From Aureliella sp. (lineage in GTDB: Bacteria > Planctomycetota > Planctomycetia > Pirellulales > Pirellulaceae): a DNA stretch of 64,000 nucleotides. The stretch spans positions 1,856,001-1,920,000 of the forward strand of contig OY829846.1 in NCBI GenBank assembly GCA_963691875.1. The letters run 5' to 3'. The position numbers and the translations under genes were made by a program. The notes beneath the pieces were generated by a model that saw only the letters and a program-made list of their open reading frames with translations, ran no database searches and was not told the origin of the DNA. This document shows, one piece after another, positions 31,016 through 40,540 of the stretch (positions are counted from its first letter, which is position 1; each line of letters opens with the position of its first letter).

Positions 31016-34000
31016 CTAGCGTTTCATTACAGTTTCGTCGTAGCTCATCAGTCCTTCCGCAACGACGGAGAGGGCCGCGAGCTCTATTTCCGAAACTCCT
31101 GCTGCGGCCCGATGATCGCCGACTTGCAAGAGCTGTTTCGCGGCGTCCTCGTGCTCTTTGAAATACGTCAGTTGGTCGTCGTAGAGGGAAGTGAGAACTT
31201 GCAATTCTCTTTCCGATGGCACTCGCGAAATCAAAGCACGGAATAGCTTGCGAATACGGGTCTCTGATGAAGTTTCATTCTCTGTCGCATTGGCGGCCAA
31301 TGCCCGCGCGGCTTCTAAGTACTGCGGGTCATTTAGCAGCACCAGTACTTGCATCGGCGTCATAGTTACCTGACGCTTGACCACACAGACTTCGCGGTTG
31401 CTGGCGTCGAAGGTCATCATCGATGGCGGTGGTGAAGTCCTTTTCCAGTAGGTGTATAAGCTGCGGCGCCGGCTGCCTTCCCCCTTTTCCCGAGTGTAAG
31501 TCTGACCTGATTTTTCCTTCCATAATCCTGCGGGTTGATAAGGTTTGACCGGCGGACCACCGAGCTTTTCAACCAAGAGTCCGCTAGCCGAGAGAGCTGC
31601 GTCGCGAATCATCTCAGCTGGCAGTCGCATTGCAGGTCCGCGTGCAAGCCAAGTGTTCTCAGGATCTTTCTCAAGCAGTTCTGCCGTGGGATTCGATTGT
31701 CGGCGGTACGCATCCGACATGACAATACGCTTGACCAGCAATTTCACGTCCCAGCCAGATTCGACGAATTCAACGGCTAGCCAATCCAGCAATTCTGGAT
31801 GCGTGGGCAAACTCCCCTGCAGACCGAAGTCTTCCGAAGTGCGGACCAAGCCTTGGCCGAACAATGCCTGCCAGATCCGATTGACTACGACGCGGGCTGT
31901 CAGTGGATGCTGTGGATCAACCAGCCACTGTGCCAGGTCAAGCCGATTGGGACGCTTGCCAAAACTATCACTCGCGAATCCGCCAGAAAGCGATTCAGGA
32001 AATCCGCGTGTGACCTCATCGCCGGGAGCATCATAGGCACCGCGCATCAGAATATGCGTCGCTCGAGGGCTCGGATCTTCGCGCATGACCATGATTTCCG
32101 GAACCGCTTCCGCCAGGCCGGATCGAGTGTCTCGCAGCTTTTTCAACTCTGTATAAAGTGCTTCTGTTTCAGGCTGTTGTTGAAAGAAAAACTCTTGGAG
32201 CTGATCCTGTGTCAAATTGTGTACGAACTCGCCTAGATTCGCAGGTGACTCATCCTTTAGATACAAGTATTTGACCTCGACCGAGGTGAGCTGATCCGCG
32301 AAAACCTTCAATTCATCGATTTGTCCATTCTTAAATCCGTTGTCTCGAAACCGCTGCCCAAGTGCCAATTCTTTTGGCGAGGAGTCAATGGTCCGCGTTA
32401 GCTTGTCGCGTACGATATTGACTTCCTGCTCTTCCCCGTCCACGAACAGCTTCAATCCGGCGGCTTTGCTGGAGCCGTCATACGTGACGGTGACATGCAT
32501 CCAACGATTCACGGAGATTTCTTCGCGTGAAAGAACTCGCATTGCATTGCCGGGCCAGAAGTGAATTAGCGCGGCGCTGAGCTTTCCGTCTTCGATGAGC
32601 AATTCATAGCCGCGACTGGCAGAGTCCGTCCAAGCTCTTGAGCGATGAAGAATAACGGCTCGGGATAATTTCTCAGGTGATTTCAGCCACAGCGAAATAG
32701 AAAACGCTTGGTCACGGGTAAAATCGCCGCCAGCCGGTACCGAGACATTGTTGTCGCCGCTGAGAAGTACCGCACCACCAACTTTGCCATCTGAAAATAT
32801 CGGGCCATCAGACACCTTGCCGGGTTTGTCTGCGTCGACACGGTTGATGACCTTGCCTTCTCCGAGCCCGTCGAGCGAGAAGTCACCAATGCACTTCGCG
32901 TAGATACTTTGTTGAATCAATTCTTTCAAGGATTTCTCTGGAACACCTGCAGCATTCCCGGATGGCCGCAAGTCACGAAAAGAAGCTCGCCAAGCGTCAA
33001 ACTGCTGAGTATCTAAACTGGACTTCTTCTTCGTCAGCTTCGACTCAAGTGCAGATATCTGCTCTCGCAAGCCCCGCAGGTTTTTCTCCTGATCGCCGCC
33101 GTAGAGCTGCAGCGCCGGCGTCGGTGTAGAATCGGTGAAGTGCGAGTAGAGCCCAGACTCATCGATGCTATTGAAGAACGCAGCGAGTTGGTAATACTCT
33201 TTCTGCGAAATCGGATCGTACTTGTGATCGTGACAGCGGCAGCACTCAAGAGTAAGACCCAAGAACGCCGCTCCGAACGTATTCACGCGGTCTGCCACAT
33301 ATTCGGCGCGAAATTCTTCTTCCACGCTGCCGCCTTCGTTGGTTTGGCGATGGTTACGATTGAAGGCAGTGGCAAGTACCTGTTCACGTTTTGCAGCGGG
33401 CAAGAGATCGCCGGCAAGCTGCCAGGTGATGAATTGATCATAGGGCAAGTTCTTGTTGAAGGCTTCGACGACCCAGTCACGCCAAGGCCACATCGGGCGA
33501 TAACGATCATTTTGATAGCCGTGCGTGTCGGCGTAGCGGGCGACATCGAGCCAGTCTACGGCCATTCGCTCTCCATATTTCTCAGATGCAAGCAGACTAT
33601 CCACAAGCTTTTCGTAAGCATTGGGACTTGGGTCCCCGAGGAAGGCATCGACTTCATCTGGTGTCGGAGGCAGACCGATAAGATCGAAACTCAGCCGGCG
33701 AATCAGAGTCGCTTTGTCGGCCTGAGCAGTCGCCTTGAGGTTTTGATCCCCCAGACGTTTTGCGACGAACGTGTCAATCGCATGCGAGTCGCTTGCAGCG
33801 TTTTGCAGACTAGGGCGTTTCGGTGGCTTGAATGCCCAGTGCTCCTCGTAGACGGCGCCCTGCTCAATCCACTGCCTCAATATTTGCTTCTCGGACGCGG
33901 TCAGCGAAAGCTTAGAATCGGGCGGCGGCATCACTTCGTCTGGATCATGGCTCAAGATCCGGCGAAGCATTTCACTCTCGGCCGCATCGCCCGGCGTGAT

Positions 34001-34255
34001 CGCATACTCGTGAGCAGCCTCCTGGGTATCCAACCGCAAGTCAGCTTCCCGCCGAGAAGCGTCGGGACCGTGGCAAAAGTAGCAACGATCTGAAAGGATT
34101 GGCCGTACTTGGCTCGCGAAATCGATTTTCTCAGCCCGCCGCTGGTCCGAGTCCTGCTTTTTTTCCTCCGCCAGGGCTAGCCCAAACGGCGCCAGGACGA
34201 TGCAAAGTGTTGAGGCCAAGTAAGAAACAGGTTTTGTGAGTCGGTTGGCTGGCAT
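31016..34255 (-). CDS. PSCyt1 + DUF1549 + LamG-like jelly roll + DUF1553 protein
   Basis: CYFCHGPD and CCRCHDHK; YGERMAVDWLDVARYAD; LamG (FSISLWL, WMHVTVTYDGS, GQIDELKVF); PLTARVVVNRIWQ. Probable start ATG 34255. Confidence 0.9.
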   Translation of the reverse strand: MPANRLTKPVSYLASTLCIVLAPFGLALAEEKKQDSDQRRAEKIDFASQVRPILSDRCYFCHGPDASRREADLRLDTQEAAHEYAITPGDAAESEMLRRILSHDPDEVMPPPDSKLSLTASEKQILRQWIEQGAVYEEHWAFKPPKRPSLQNAASDSHAIDTFVAKRLGDQNLKATAQADKATLIRRLSFDLIGLPPTPDEVDAFLGDPSPNAYEKLVDSLLASEKYGERMAVDWLDVARYADTHGYQNDRYRPMWPWRDWVVEAFNKNLPYDQFITWQLAGDLLPAAKREQVLATAFNRNHRQTNEGGSVEEEFRAEYVADRVNTFGAAFLGLTLECCRCHDHKYDPISQKEYYQLAAFFNSIDESGLYSHFTDSTPTPALQLYGGDQEKNLRGLREQISALESKLTKKKSSLDTQQFDAWRASFRDLRPSGNAAGVPEKSLKELIQQSIYAKCIGDFSLDGLGEGKVINRVDADKPGKVSDGPIFSDGKVGGAVLLSGDNNVSVPAGGDFTRDQAFSISLWLKSPEKLSRAVILHRSRAWTDSASRGYELLIEDGKLSAALIHFWPGNAMRVLSREEISVNRWMHVTVTYDGSSKAAGLKLFVDGEEQEVNIVRDKLTRTIDSSPKELALGQRFRDNGFKNGQIDELKVFADQLTSVEVKYLYLKDESPANLGEFVHNLTQDQLQEFFFQQQPETEALYTELKKLRDTRSGLAEAVPEIMVMREDPSPRATHILMRGAYDAPGDEVTRGFPESLSGGFASDSFGKRPNRLDLAQWLVDPQHPLTARVVVNRIWQALFGQGLVRTSEDFGLQGSLPTHPELLDWLAVEFVESGWDVKLLVKRIVMSDAYRRQSNPTAELLEKDPENTWLARGPAMRLPAEMIRDAALSASGLLVEKLGGPPVKPYQPAGLWKEKSGQTYTREKGEGSRRRSLYTYWKRTSPPPSMMTFDASNREVCVVKRQVTMTPMQVLVLLNDPQYLEAARALAANATENETSSETRIRKLFRALISRVPSERELQVLTSLYDDQLTYFKEHEDAAKQLLQVGDHRAAAGVSEIELAALSVVAEGLMSYDETVMKR

Positions 34256-34822
34256 GAGCGTTGGGGGAGTACGTCTAATTGAGTGGACACAAGGCGTTTG
34301 TCGCGAAGGCGCTTGGGCCAATGAGATGTGACAACCTGCATAGAGTTTAACTTGCGAGCGAACTGCGTGGCATCAGACTGTCACTTCACAATGAGCTCGC
34401 GGATCGGTTAGAGATCCATCATCTCAGAAACGCGACGGGCGTCTTGTTAGATGATCGCAAGAGTTTGTACATTTGAAACAAAGGTGCAATTTTCGTCTTG
34501 TCAACTCAGCGGCGAAGTCGGGTGGATTCGTGTGGACACTGAAAACGCTTGACCTCACCAATTATAGACACGAACAAGATCCATGAGTTTTGGGGCAGCT
34601 ACTTTGATCCAGCAGAAAACCTGTCGCGCCACTATTCGCCGCCGTCGCCTTTCTTATCATTTTGGGGGAACAGCACTTCCCCCTTTTTCGCTCGGAGGCA
34701 CAGCACAAGTTGCAATCTCAGAGCGGTGCCCCAAAAAGCTGAATCGTCACTGAGCAAAGCCAAGTAAATAGTGCTATGCCCCAAAAAAAGGGGCGACAAG
34801 ATTACGTCATTGGGAGTCAATA

Positions 34823-35590
34823 ATGCTGGCTAAACGCATCATTCCCTGCCTGGATGTTAGCGAGGGCAGAGTGGTGAAAGGAACGAACTTCGTGAACCTG
34901 CGGGATGCAGGAGATCCTGTTCAAGTCGCAGCTCGCTACGAGAAGGAAGGCGCCGATGAGCTCGTATTCTTGGATATCACGGCCAGCCACGAGCGCCGCG
35001 GAATCATGCTAGATGTGGTCCGTCGATGCGCAGAGCAGGTATTTATGCCGCTGACTGTCGGGGGCGGTATCAAGACCCTGGAAGACATCCGCGAGCTACT
35101 GCAAGCTGGCTGCGATAAAGTATCGCTCAACACGACAGCTGCTCAGAATCCTGATTTTGTGGCTCAGGCCGCAGATCGCTTTGGCAGTCAGTGCATTGTG
35201 GTCAATATTGATCCCAAGCGAGTCTACCAAGGCGAAAAAGAGCGTTGGGAGGTCCACATCCATGGCGGTAGAACTCCTACCGGATTGGAAGCCGTCAGCT
35301 GGGCACGTCGAGCAGAAGAACTCGGAGCGGGAGAGATCGTACTTACCAGCATGGATTGTGACGGCACTTGCGATGGTTACGATCTGGAAATCACATCCGT
35401 AGTTAGCGAAGCGGTAAGTATTCCGGTCGTGGCGAGCGGAGGAGCCGGAAGTCCGGAACACTTGGCGGACGCAATTCTGCTTGGAAAAGCCGATGCAGCC
35501 CTAGCAGCCAGTATTTTTCACTTCGGGCAGTATACAATAGAGGAAACGAAGCGAACGATGGCGGCTCGTGGGATTCCAGTCCGATTATGA
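34823..35590 (+). CDS. hisF: imidazole glycerol phosphate synthase cyclase subunit
   Basis: [62 protein letters not shown]. Confidence 0.97.
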   Translation: MLAKRIIPCLDVSEGRVVKGTNFVNLRDAGDPVQVAARYEKEGADELVFLDITASHERRGIMLDVVRRCAEQVFMPLTVGGGIKTLEDIRELLQAGCDKVSLNTTAAQNPDFVAQAADRFGSQCIVVNIDPKRVYQGEKERWEVHIHGGRTPTGLEAVSWARRAEELGAGEIVLTSMDCDGTCDGYDLEITSVVSEAVSIPVVASGGAGSPEHLADAILLGKADAALAASIFHFGQYTIEETKRTMAARGIPVRL

Positions 35591-35777
35591 CCGGCGCCGC
35601 CCTAGGTTTGGGGCCCGTGATCTTGACAGGTGACGCCCGTTCGTTTGACAACTTATCCAGACGGCATATCGTCCAGGTTTGCAGCTCTGCATCCCGGCGC
35701 TAATTCTCATTCTGCACAGTTTAGCGTCCCGAAACTTATAAATTCACTTTGGTAGCCAATTTATACAGGAGCCACTG

Positions 35778-36929
35778 ATGGCGGCAGGCGAAGACGACAA
35801 ACTAGTCGGCAATTTGCTTCGAGAGCGACAGGAGCTTGAAGTCGACAAGATCTTTCGTGCGCTAGTCAAACTCGAGGGCAGTGACTTACACATGAAAGTT
35901 GGCCAGCCGCCTATCGTCCGGGTCAGTGGAACGCTTAAGCCTCTGAATCGCCCGCCCGTCGAGCGGGAGGAAATGGTCCGCCTGTTGGTCCCCATGATGG
36001 ATGACCGAGCGCGTCGAATTTTTGAGGAAGACGGCGGTGCCGACTTTGCTTATGTCGTACCGGTTGACGGCGTCGATTGGCGATTTCGCGTGAACATGCT
36101 CAAGCAGCTGGGCAACATTGGATTGGTGGCTCGGCGAGTCAACAATTACATCCCGCCCTTTCAAGGGCTGTTCCTGCCGCCCTCAATCGAGAGTCTCTGC
36201 CACTTTGACCAAGGCATGGTGTTGCTAGCGGGTGTTACCGGTTCAGGAAAGAGTACAACTATCGGTTCCATCCTGAACTACATTAACTCGATCTACTCAA
36301 AGCATATTTTAACGCTCGAAGATCCCATCGAATTCGTCTTTACCGAAGACAAATGTTTGATCAATCAGCGCGAGATTGGAGACGACGTCAAAGACTTTGA
36401 AATCGGCATGAAGCACGCCGTACGGGAGGATCCGGACATCATCCTTGTCGGTGAGATGCGGGACCAGGAAACGTTCATGACCGCGATTCACGCGGCGGAA
36501 ACAGGTCACTTGGTTTTCGGGACAATTCACGCTTCCAGTGCTCCGACAACCATCGGTCGTATCCTCGACTTGTTCCCCGAGGAAATGCACGGTGCGATTC
36601 GATCTGCGATTGCCTTTAACATGAAGGGAATCGTAGCTCAAAAGCTTCTGAAGTCGATCAAGAAGGGTGTCGGTCGAGTCCCAACGGTGGAGATCATGAC
36701 TTTTACACCGATGATTCAGAAACTTGTTCTTGAAGGTAGCGATTCAAAGCTTCCCGATGCGATTCGAATTGGTGCCGCAGAAGGCATGCAAGACTTCACT
36801 ATGAGTCTCAAGCAGCTGATCGACGATGAGTTGATCGATCGCCCCACCGCATTTGCCGTGGCCCCGAACAAAGATGCTTTAAAGATGGCTTTAAAGGGAA
36901 TCGAAGTCAGTCAGCCAGGAATCATTTGA
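35778..36929 (+). CDS. pilT: PilT/PilU-family type IV pilus retraction ATPase
   Basis: GSDLH, Walker A GVTGSGKST, Asp box TLEDPIE, Walker B REDPDIILVGEMRD, His box ETGHLVFGTIH, GMQ. Confidence 0.9.
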   Translation: MAAGEDDKLVGNLLRERQELEVDKIFRALVKLEGSDLHMKVGQPPIVRVSGTLKPLNRPPVEREEMVRLLVPMMDDRARRIFEEDGGADFAYVVPVDGVDWRFRVNMLKQLGNIGLVARRVNNYIPPFQGLFLPPSIESLCHFDQGMVLLAGVTGSGKSTTIGSILNYINSIYSKHILTLEDPIEFVFTEDKCLINQREIGDDVKDFEIGMKHAVREDPDIILVGEMRDQETFMTAIHAAETGHLVFGTIHASSAPTTIGRILDLFPEEMHGAIRSAIAFNMKGIVAQKLLKSIKKGVGRVPTVEIMTFTPMIQKLVLEGSDSKLPDAIRIGAAEGMQDFTMSLKQLIDDELIDRPTAFAVAPNKDALKMALKGIEVSQPGII

Positions 36930-37049
36930 TCCAGCCAGTTGCTGCGGCAGAGCAGAGGCTCGCAAGCAGCGTGAATATTGTCAGCAGGAGGAGCGGATGT
37001 TCGATCTTGTTGCTCAATTTATGCCATCCAGAAAAGAATACGATAACAA

Positions 37050-38405
37050 ATGTTACGCCGGAAAAAGAAGCAAAAGCAAGCTGCTGCTGGAGAGGTTGTC
37101 CTCCCTGATCTCGAGTTTAAGCCCAAAATAAAAGACCCGCGTGAAAAGCAAGGAGTGCTAATCTCGTGCCGTGCCGTTGAGCAATATCCGTCTTGCGTAG
37201 TACTGTGTGCGAAAGCTCTCCGTAACCGTGCAGACCAGCTCATGCTTGATTACACTTCGCAAAGCGTCAGCGTTCGCTTCCGAATCGACGGACGATTCGA
37301 AAGCATGCCGCCAATGGATCGTCCTACTGGTGATGGTCTCCTTGTCATTTTGAAGAAGCTCTGCGAATTGAATCCTGCGGACCGCAAGTCGCGTCAGCAA
37401 GCCCTGTTACCTGTGAAATACAAAGGAGATGACTTCAATTTTGAGTTCACGTCGCAAGGTGTTCCAACCGGGGAGCGAGTGCTGATCAAAATCAGCGCCA
37501 AGAAATCTTCCCTCAATGACCTTGAGTCACTCGGGATGCGGAACCAGATGCAGGAGGACTTCCGAAGTCTGCTCAATGCGCCTGACTCGATGTTCTTGTT
37601 TAGCGGAATACCTGGACATGGACTTCCGACGACTTGGAACATTGGTCTTGAGTCAGCGGATCGATTCATCCGAGACTTCCACAGTATTCAGGACAAGGCA
37701 CTGGGCGAACCTGAACTGATCAACATCACCCCTCACCACTACGATTCTGCAGCGGGTGAGACACCGATGACAGTGCTCAAAAGCTTGTTGCTGAAGCAGC
37801 CTGACGTTCTAGTTTTCCCGACGCTTCCGGACCATGAAGTCATGTCGCTCGTCGTCGGAGAAGTTGCTGAGGAGCAACGCAAGGCAATCATCCGTATTCA
37901 AGCGAATTCTGCGGTCGAGGCATTCATCAACCTCCTCGCAAAGTACCCGAAATCGCGTAAAGAAATCGCGAAGACGACGGCAGGAGTCATCAATCTTCGT
38001 CTCGTTCGACGACTGTGCACCAAGTGCCGTCAGGCCTTCCAGCCCAATCCACAGCTACTGAAGAAGCTAGGGCTTCCCCCCGGGCGAATCCAAGTGCTCT
38101 ACCAACCCTTCATTCCTCCGCCGCCAGAGCAGCGCGTTGACGCAAACGGCAAACCAATCGAAATCGAGATTTGCCGCAGGTGCAATGGTAGAGGATTTCA
38201 TGGGCGAGCGGCGATTTTCGAGCTACTCAAGATAGACGACGATATTCGCAAGGCGGCTCTGTCCGATCCGAATCCAGCCAACGTTCAAGCGGTTGCCCGA
38301 AGCAAAGGCTTCCTGACGATTCAAGAAGAGGGAGTTTTGGCAGTTGCGACAGGGATGACCAGCATTCAAGAGGTACAAGCAGTTCTTTCTCCCAAGCGGC
38401 GTTAG
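37050..38405 (+). CDS. GspE/PilB-like protein with degenerate ATPase motifs
   Basis: RFRIDG, GERVLI, RLVRRLCTKC...CRRCNGRGFHGRAAIFELL, G.TSIQEV are retained; Walker A reads SGIPGHGLPTT. Confidence 0.85.
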   Translation: MLRRKKKQKQAAAGEVVLPDLEFKPKIKDPREKQGVLISCRAVEQYPSCVVLCAKALRNRADQLMLDYTSQSVSVRFRIDGRFESMPPMDRPTGDGLLVILKKLCELNPADRKSRQQALLPVKYKGDDFNFEFTSQGVPTGERVLIKISAKKSSLNDLESLGMRNQMQEDFRSLLNAPDSMFLFSGIPGHGLPTTWNIGLESADRFIRDFHSIQDKALGEPELINITPHHYDSAAGETPMTVLKSLLLKQPDVLVFPTLPDHEVMSLVVGEVAEEQRKAIIRIQANSAVEAFINLLAKYPKSRKEIAKTTAGVINLRLVRRLCTKCRQAFQPNPQLLKKLGLPPGRIQVLYQPFIPPPPEQRVDANGKPIEIEICRRCNGRGFHGRAAIFELLKIDDDIRKAALSDPNPANVQAVARSKGFLTIQEEGVLAVATGMTSIQEVQAVLSPKRR

Positions 38406-38633
38406 CTGAAACGCAGAATATGTTACTGCTCGAATTCAGCATTTGATTTAAGATCGAATGCCGAGCATGCGAGCCTTCGTGCAATCCGACCGCCCCTTGG
38501 ATTTTCGCTTTGCTGAGCTAAGTTTGCATGGCCCGCGAACATGCGTGGCTCGCAGAGCGTAACTCGTGCAATCGCGGGAGTTGCGTTCGAGGCAACTTTC
38601 CCCTCCTGAACCAACCACCGAAAGCGACGCCAA

Positions 38634-39326
38634 ATGGAAGACTCGTCTGCGTTCTCAGAAGACAGTGAAAGCGAATTCGTTAGCATCAGCAAACTTGCTG
38701 TGATCGCTTTGATCCTCGCAATCCTCTCTGGCCTTTCAATCATTTCACCAGGTGTGGTCTTTGTTTCCGTCGTCGCTGTGGTTCTTGCCCTCATCGCCGG
38801 CATACGAATTCAACGAGACTCGCAACTCGGTGGTGGTCACGCTGCCATGCTTGCCTTGGTGATTAGCTGTTTCACGGGAGCATGGTCGATCACCGCAGCA
38901 CAACAGACAAATCAAAAGCTCTACGGTCTGGGCGCCGTTCACGCCAAGACTTATCTGGAAGCCATCGCAAGTGGTGAGACTTTTCAAGCGATGGAGATGC
39001 GCAAAGAGGAGCACGCACGTGAGGTTATTGGAGCCCAGCTAGGCTTGAAGTATGGTGGAGCAAGCAAGGTCAAAGCGGAACTCGACCAGTTCCTGGGTAA
39101 ACCAGGAACAAAGCTGATTCAAGAATCTGGTCGAGATTCCCAATGGGAACTCGCGAAAGGCCTTAGTACACAACAAGCCGATGAAACGCACAGAATCGTG
39201 CTGCTGATGCAGAACCAGAAGAATACTTCGCAGCAAATCGTTGTAACGCTCTTTCGGCGGTTCGTCGATAGTGACGAAGGTGGCGTCGCCTTGTGGCACA
39301 TCGTCGATCATGCGACCGTCGACTAG
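38634..39326 (+). CDS. hypothetical membrane protein (N-terminal TM helices, DUF4190-like)
   Basis: ISKLAVIALILAILS...VLALIAGIRI...GG..AAMLALVIS; about 3 hydrophobic helices followed by a soluble domain. Confidence 0.65.
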   Translation: MEDSSAFSEDSESEFVSISKLAVIALILAILSGLSIISPGVVFVSVVAVVLALIAGIRIQRDSQLGGGHAAMLALVISCFTGAWSITAAQQTNQKLYGLGAVHAKTYLEAIASGETFQAMEMRKEEHAREVIGAQLGLKYGGASKVKAELDQFLGKPGTKLIQESGRDSQWELAKGLSTQQADETHRIVLLMQNQKNTSQQIVVTLFRRFVDSDEGGVALWHIVDHATVD

Positions 39327-39566
39327 AAATTCATCCACTGCCAGCCTCTCTGCGAGAGTGAATCGGCGTTTGAATCTTTGAGCCGAAGGTGTTAACCGCG
39401 GCGAGGGTTTTTCTTGGCTCAGCCCCACTCCACCGAGTTCAGCAAACATTGCCAGTTTGAATCCTTGATTGCCCCTTAGTCCACTCGCGACCTACTTGCG
39501 GCGTTGGCCCAAAGCGAAGAAACTGTGGTGAAGTCTTGCATCTAGTTTCTCTCACGTCTTCTTCCC

Positions 39567-40511
39567 ATGTCACGTTGCCTCGTCAGCTTTGGTGCAAATA
39601 TAGGCAATGCACTCGAGACGATCCGGGAAGCTTCGTCCGCGTTGCAGCTTGCGTTGACCAAGACCTCATCTCAGAGTGCCCAAGAGACACAGTATCAACT
39701 AAGTCGATACTTCCGAACTCCTCCTGTTGGTGGCCCGGTAGGACAACCACCTTTCGTAAATGCAGTTGCCGCCTTCGAAACGCAACTCTCCGTTTGGGAA
39801 GTTTGGGAAATCGTCCGAAAGCTTGAACACCAATTCGGTCGGGAGCGGAATCGTCGGTGGGAAGCACGCAAGCTGGATCTGGATATTTTGCTGTTTGACG
39901 ACCAACGAGTTTGGACCCCGCAGTTGAAAGTGCCTCATCCGCGGATGTGCATGAGACGCTTTATCCTGCTTCCTGCATGTGATGTCGCCGCCGAATGGAT
40001 TGATCCCGTTTCGCGTTTTCCATTGGGAAAGCTAGCGTCGAACCTTCAGACTCGCCCCGCAAGCTTGGTTGCCTTCTTGGAGGATCAAGCAATCGCAAAA
40101 CCGCTTCTTATCGAGGTTGGACTTCAAGCGCGTGCAAACTGGGTTGGACCGGAGGACAGTCATCCGGCGACTTCCGCGCATGATCGATGGATGGCAATCT
40201 CCAGCTTCTTTTCCGATGCAATTGGCTCCAAACTCGACCATAAGCATGCGGCTTCTACCAACCTCGCGGTCTTCCTTGTGGGATCGCCGACCCAAGAGAA
40301 CGAATGTGAAGCGATGCGAACCGGACAGGACGGAGCCTGGGAAGATCGTCATCGCCAAATCGCAAAGCAATTGCGACTCACACCAGCTAGTGGCCACGCA
40401 CTCAAGTTCGATGGACCGCGGTATCTTTTAGACGCCTCCGACCCCCAATGGGCTATCCATGAACTCGTCGCTGCATTCGACGCCATGGATTGCCCGGTCG
40501 AGCCGTTTTGA
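39567..40511 (+). CDS. folK: 2-amino-4-hydroxy-6-hydroxymethyldihydropteridine diphosphokinase with C-terminal extension
   Basis: VSFGANIG, PFVNAV, LEHQFGRER..RWEARKLDLDILL, VPHPRM..RRFILLP. Confidence 0.9.
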   Translation: MSRCLVSFGANIGNALETIREASSALQLALTKTSSQSAQETQYQLSRYFRTPPVGGPVGQPPFVNAVAAFETQLSVWEVWEIVRKLEHQFGRERNRRWEARKLDLDILLFDDQRVWTPQLKVPHPRMCMRRFILLPACDVAAEWIDPVSRFPLGKLASNLQTRPASLVAFLEDQAIAKPLLIEVGLQARANWVGPEDSHPATSAHDRWMAISSFFSDAIGSKLDHKHAASTNLAVFLVGSPTQENECEAMRTGQDGAWEDRHRQIAKQLRLTPASGHALKFDGPRYLLDASDPQWAIHELVAAFDAMDCPVEPF

Positions 40512-40540
40512 CGCTGCTGACCACTAGAGCTCGCAGCGGA

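Noticed and set aside
36985..37135. AGGAGG followed by ATG 36997, giving a short ORF overlapping the GspE-like start out of frame
   Set aside because: The peptide has no recognisable features, so I cannot support a frameshift or uORF.
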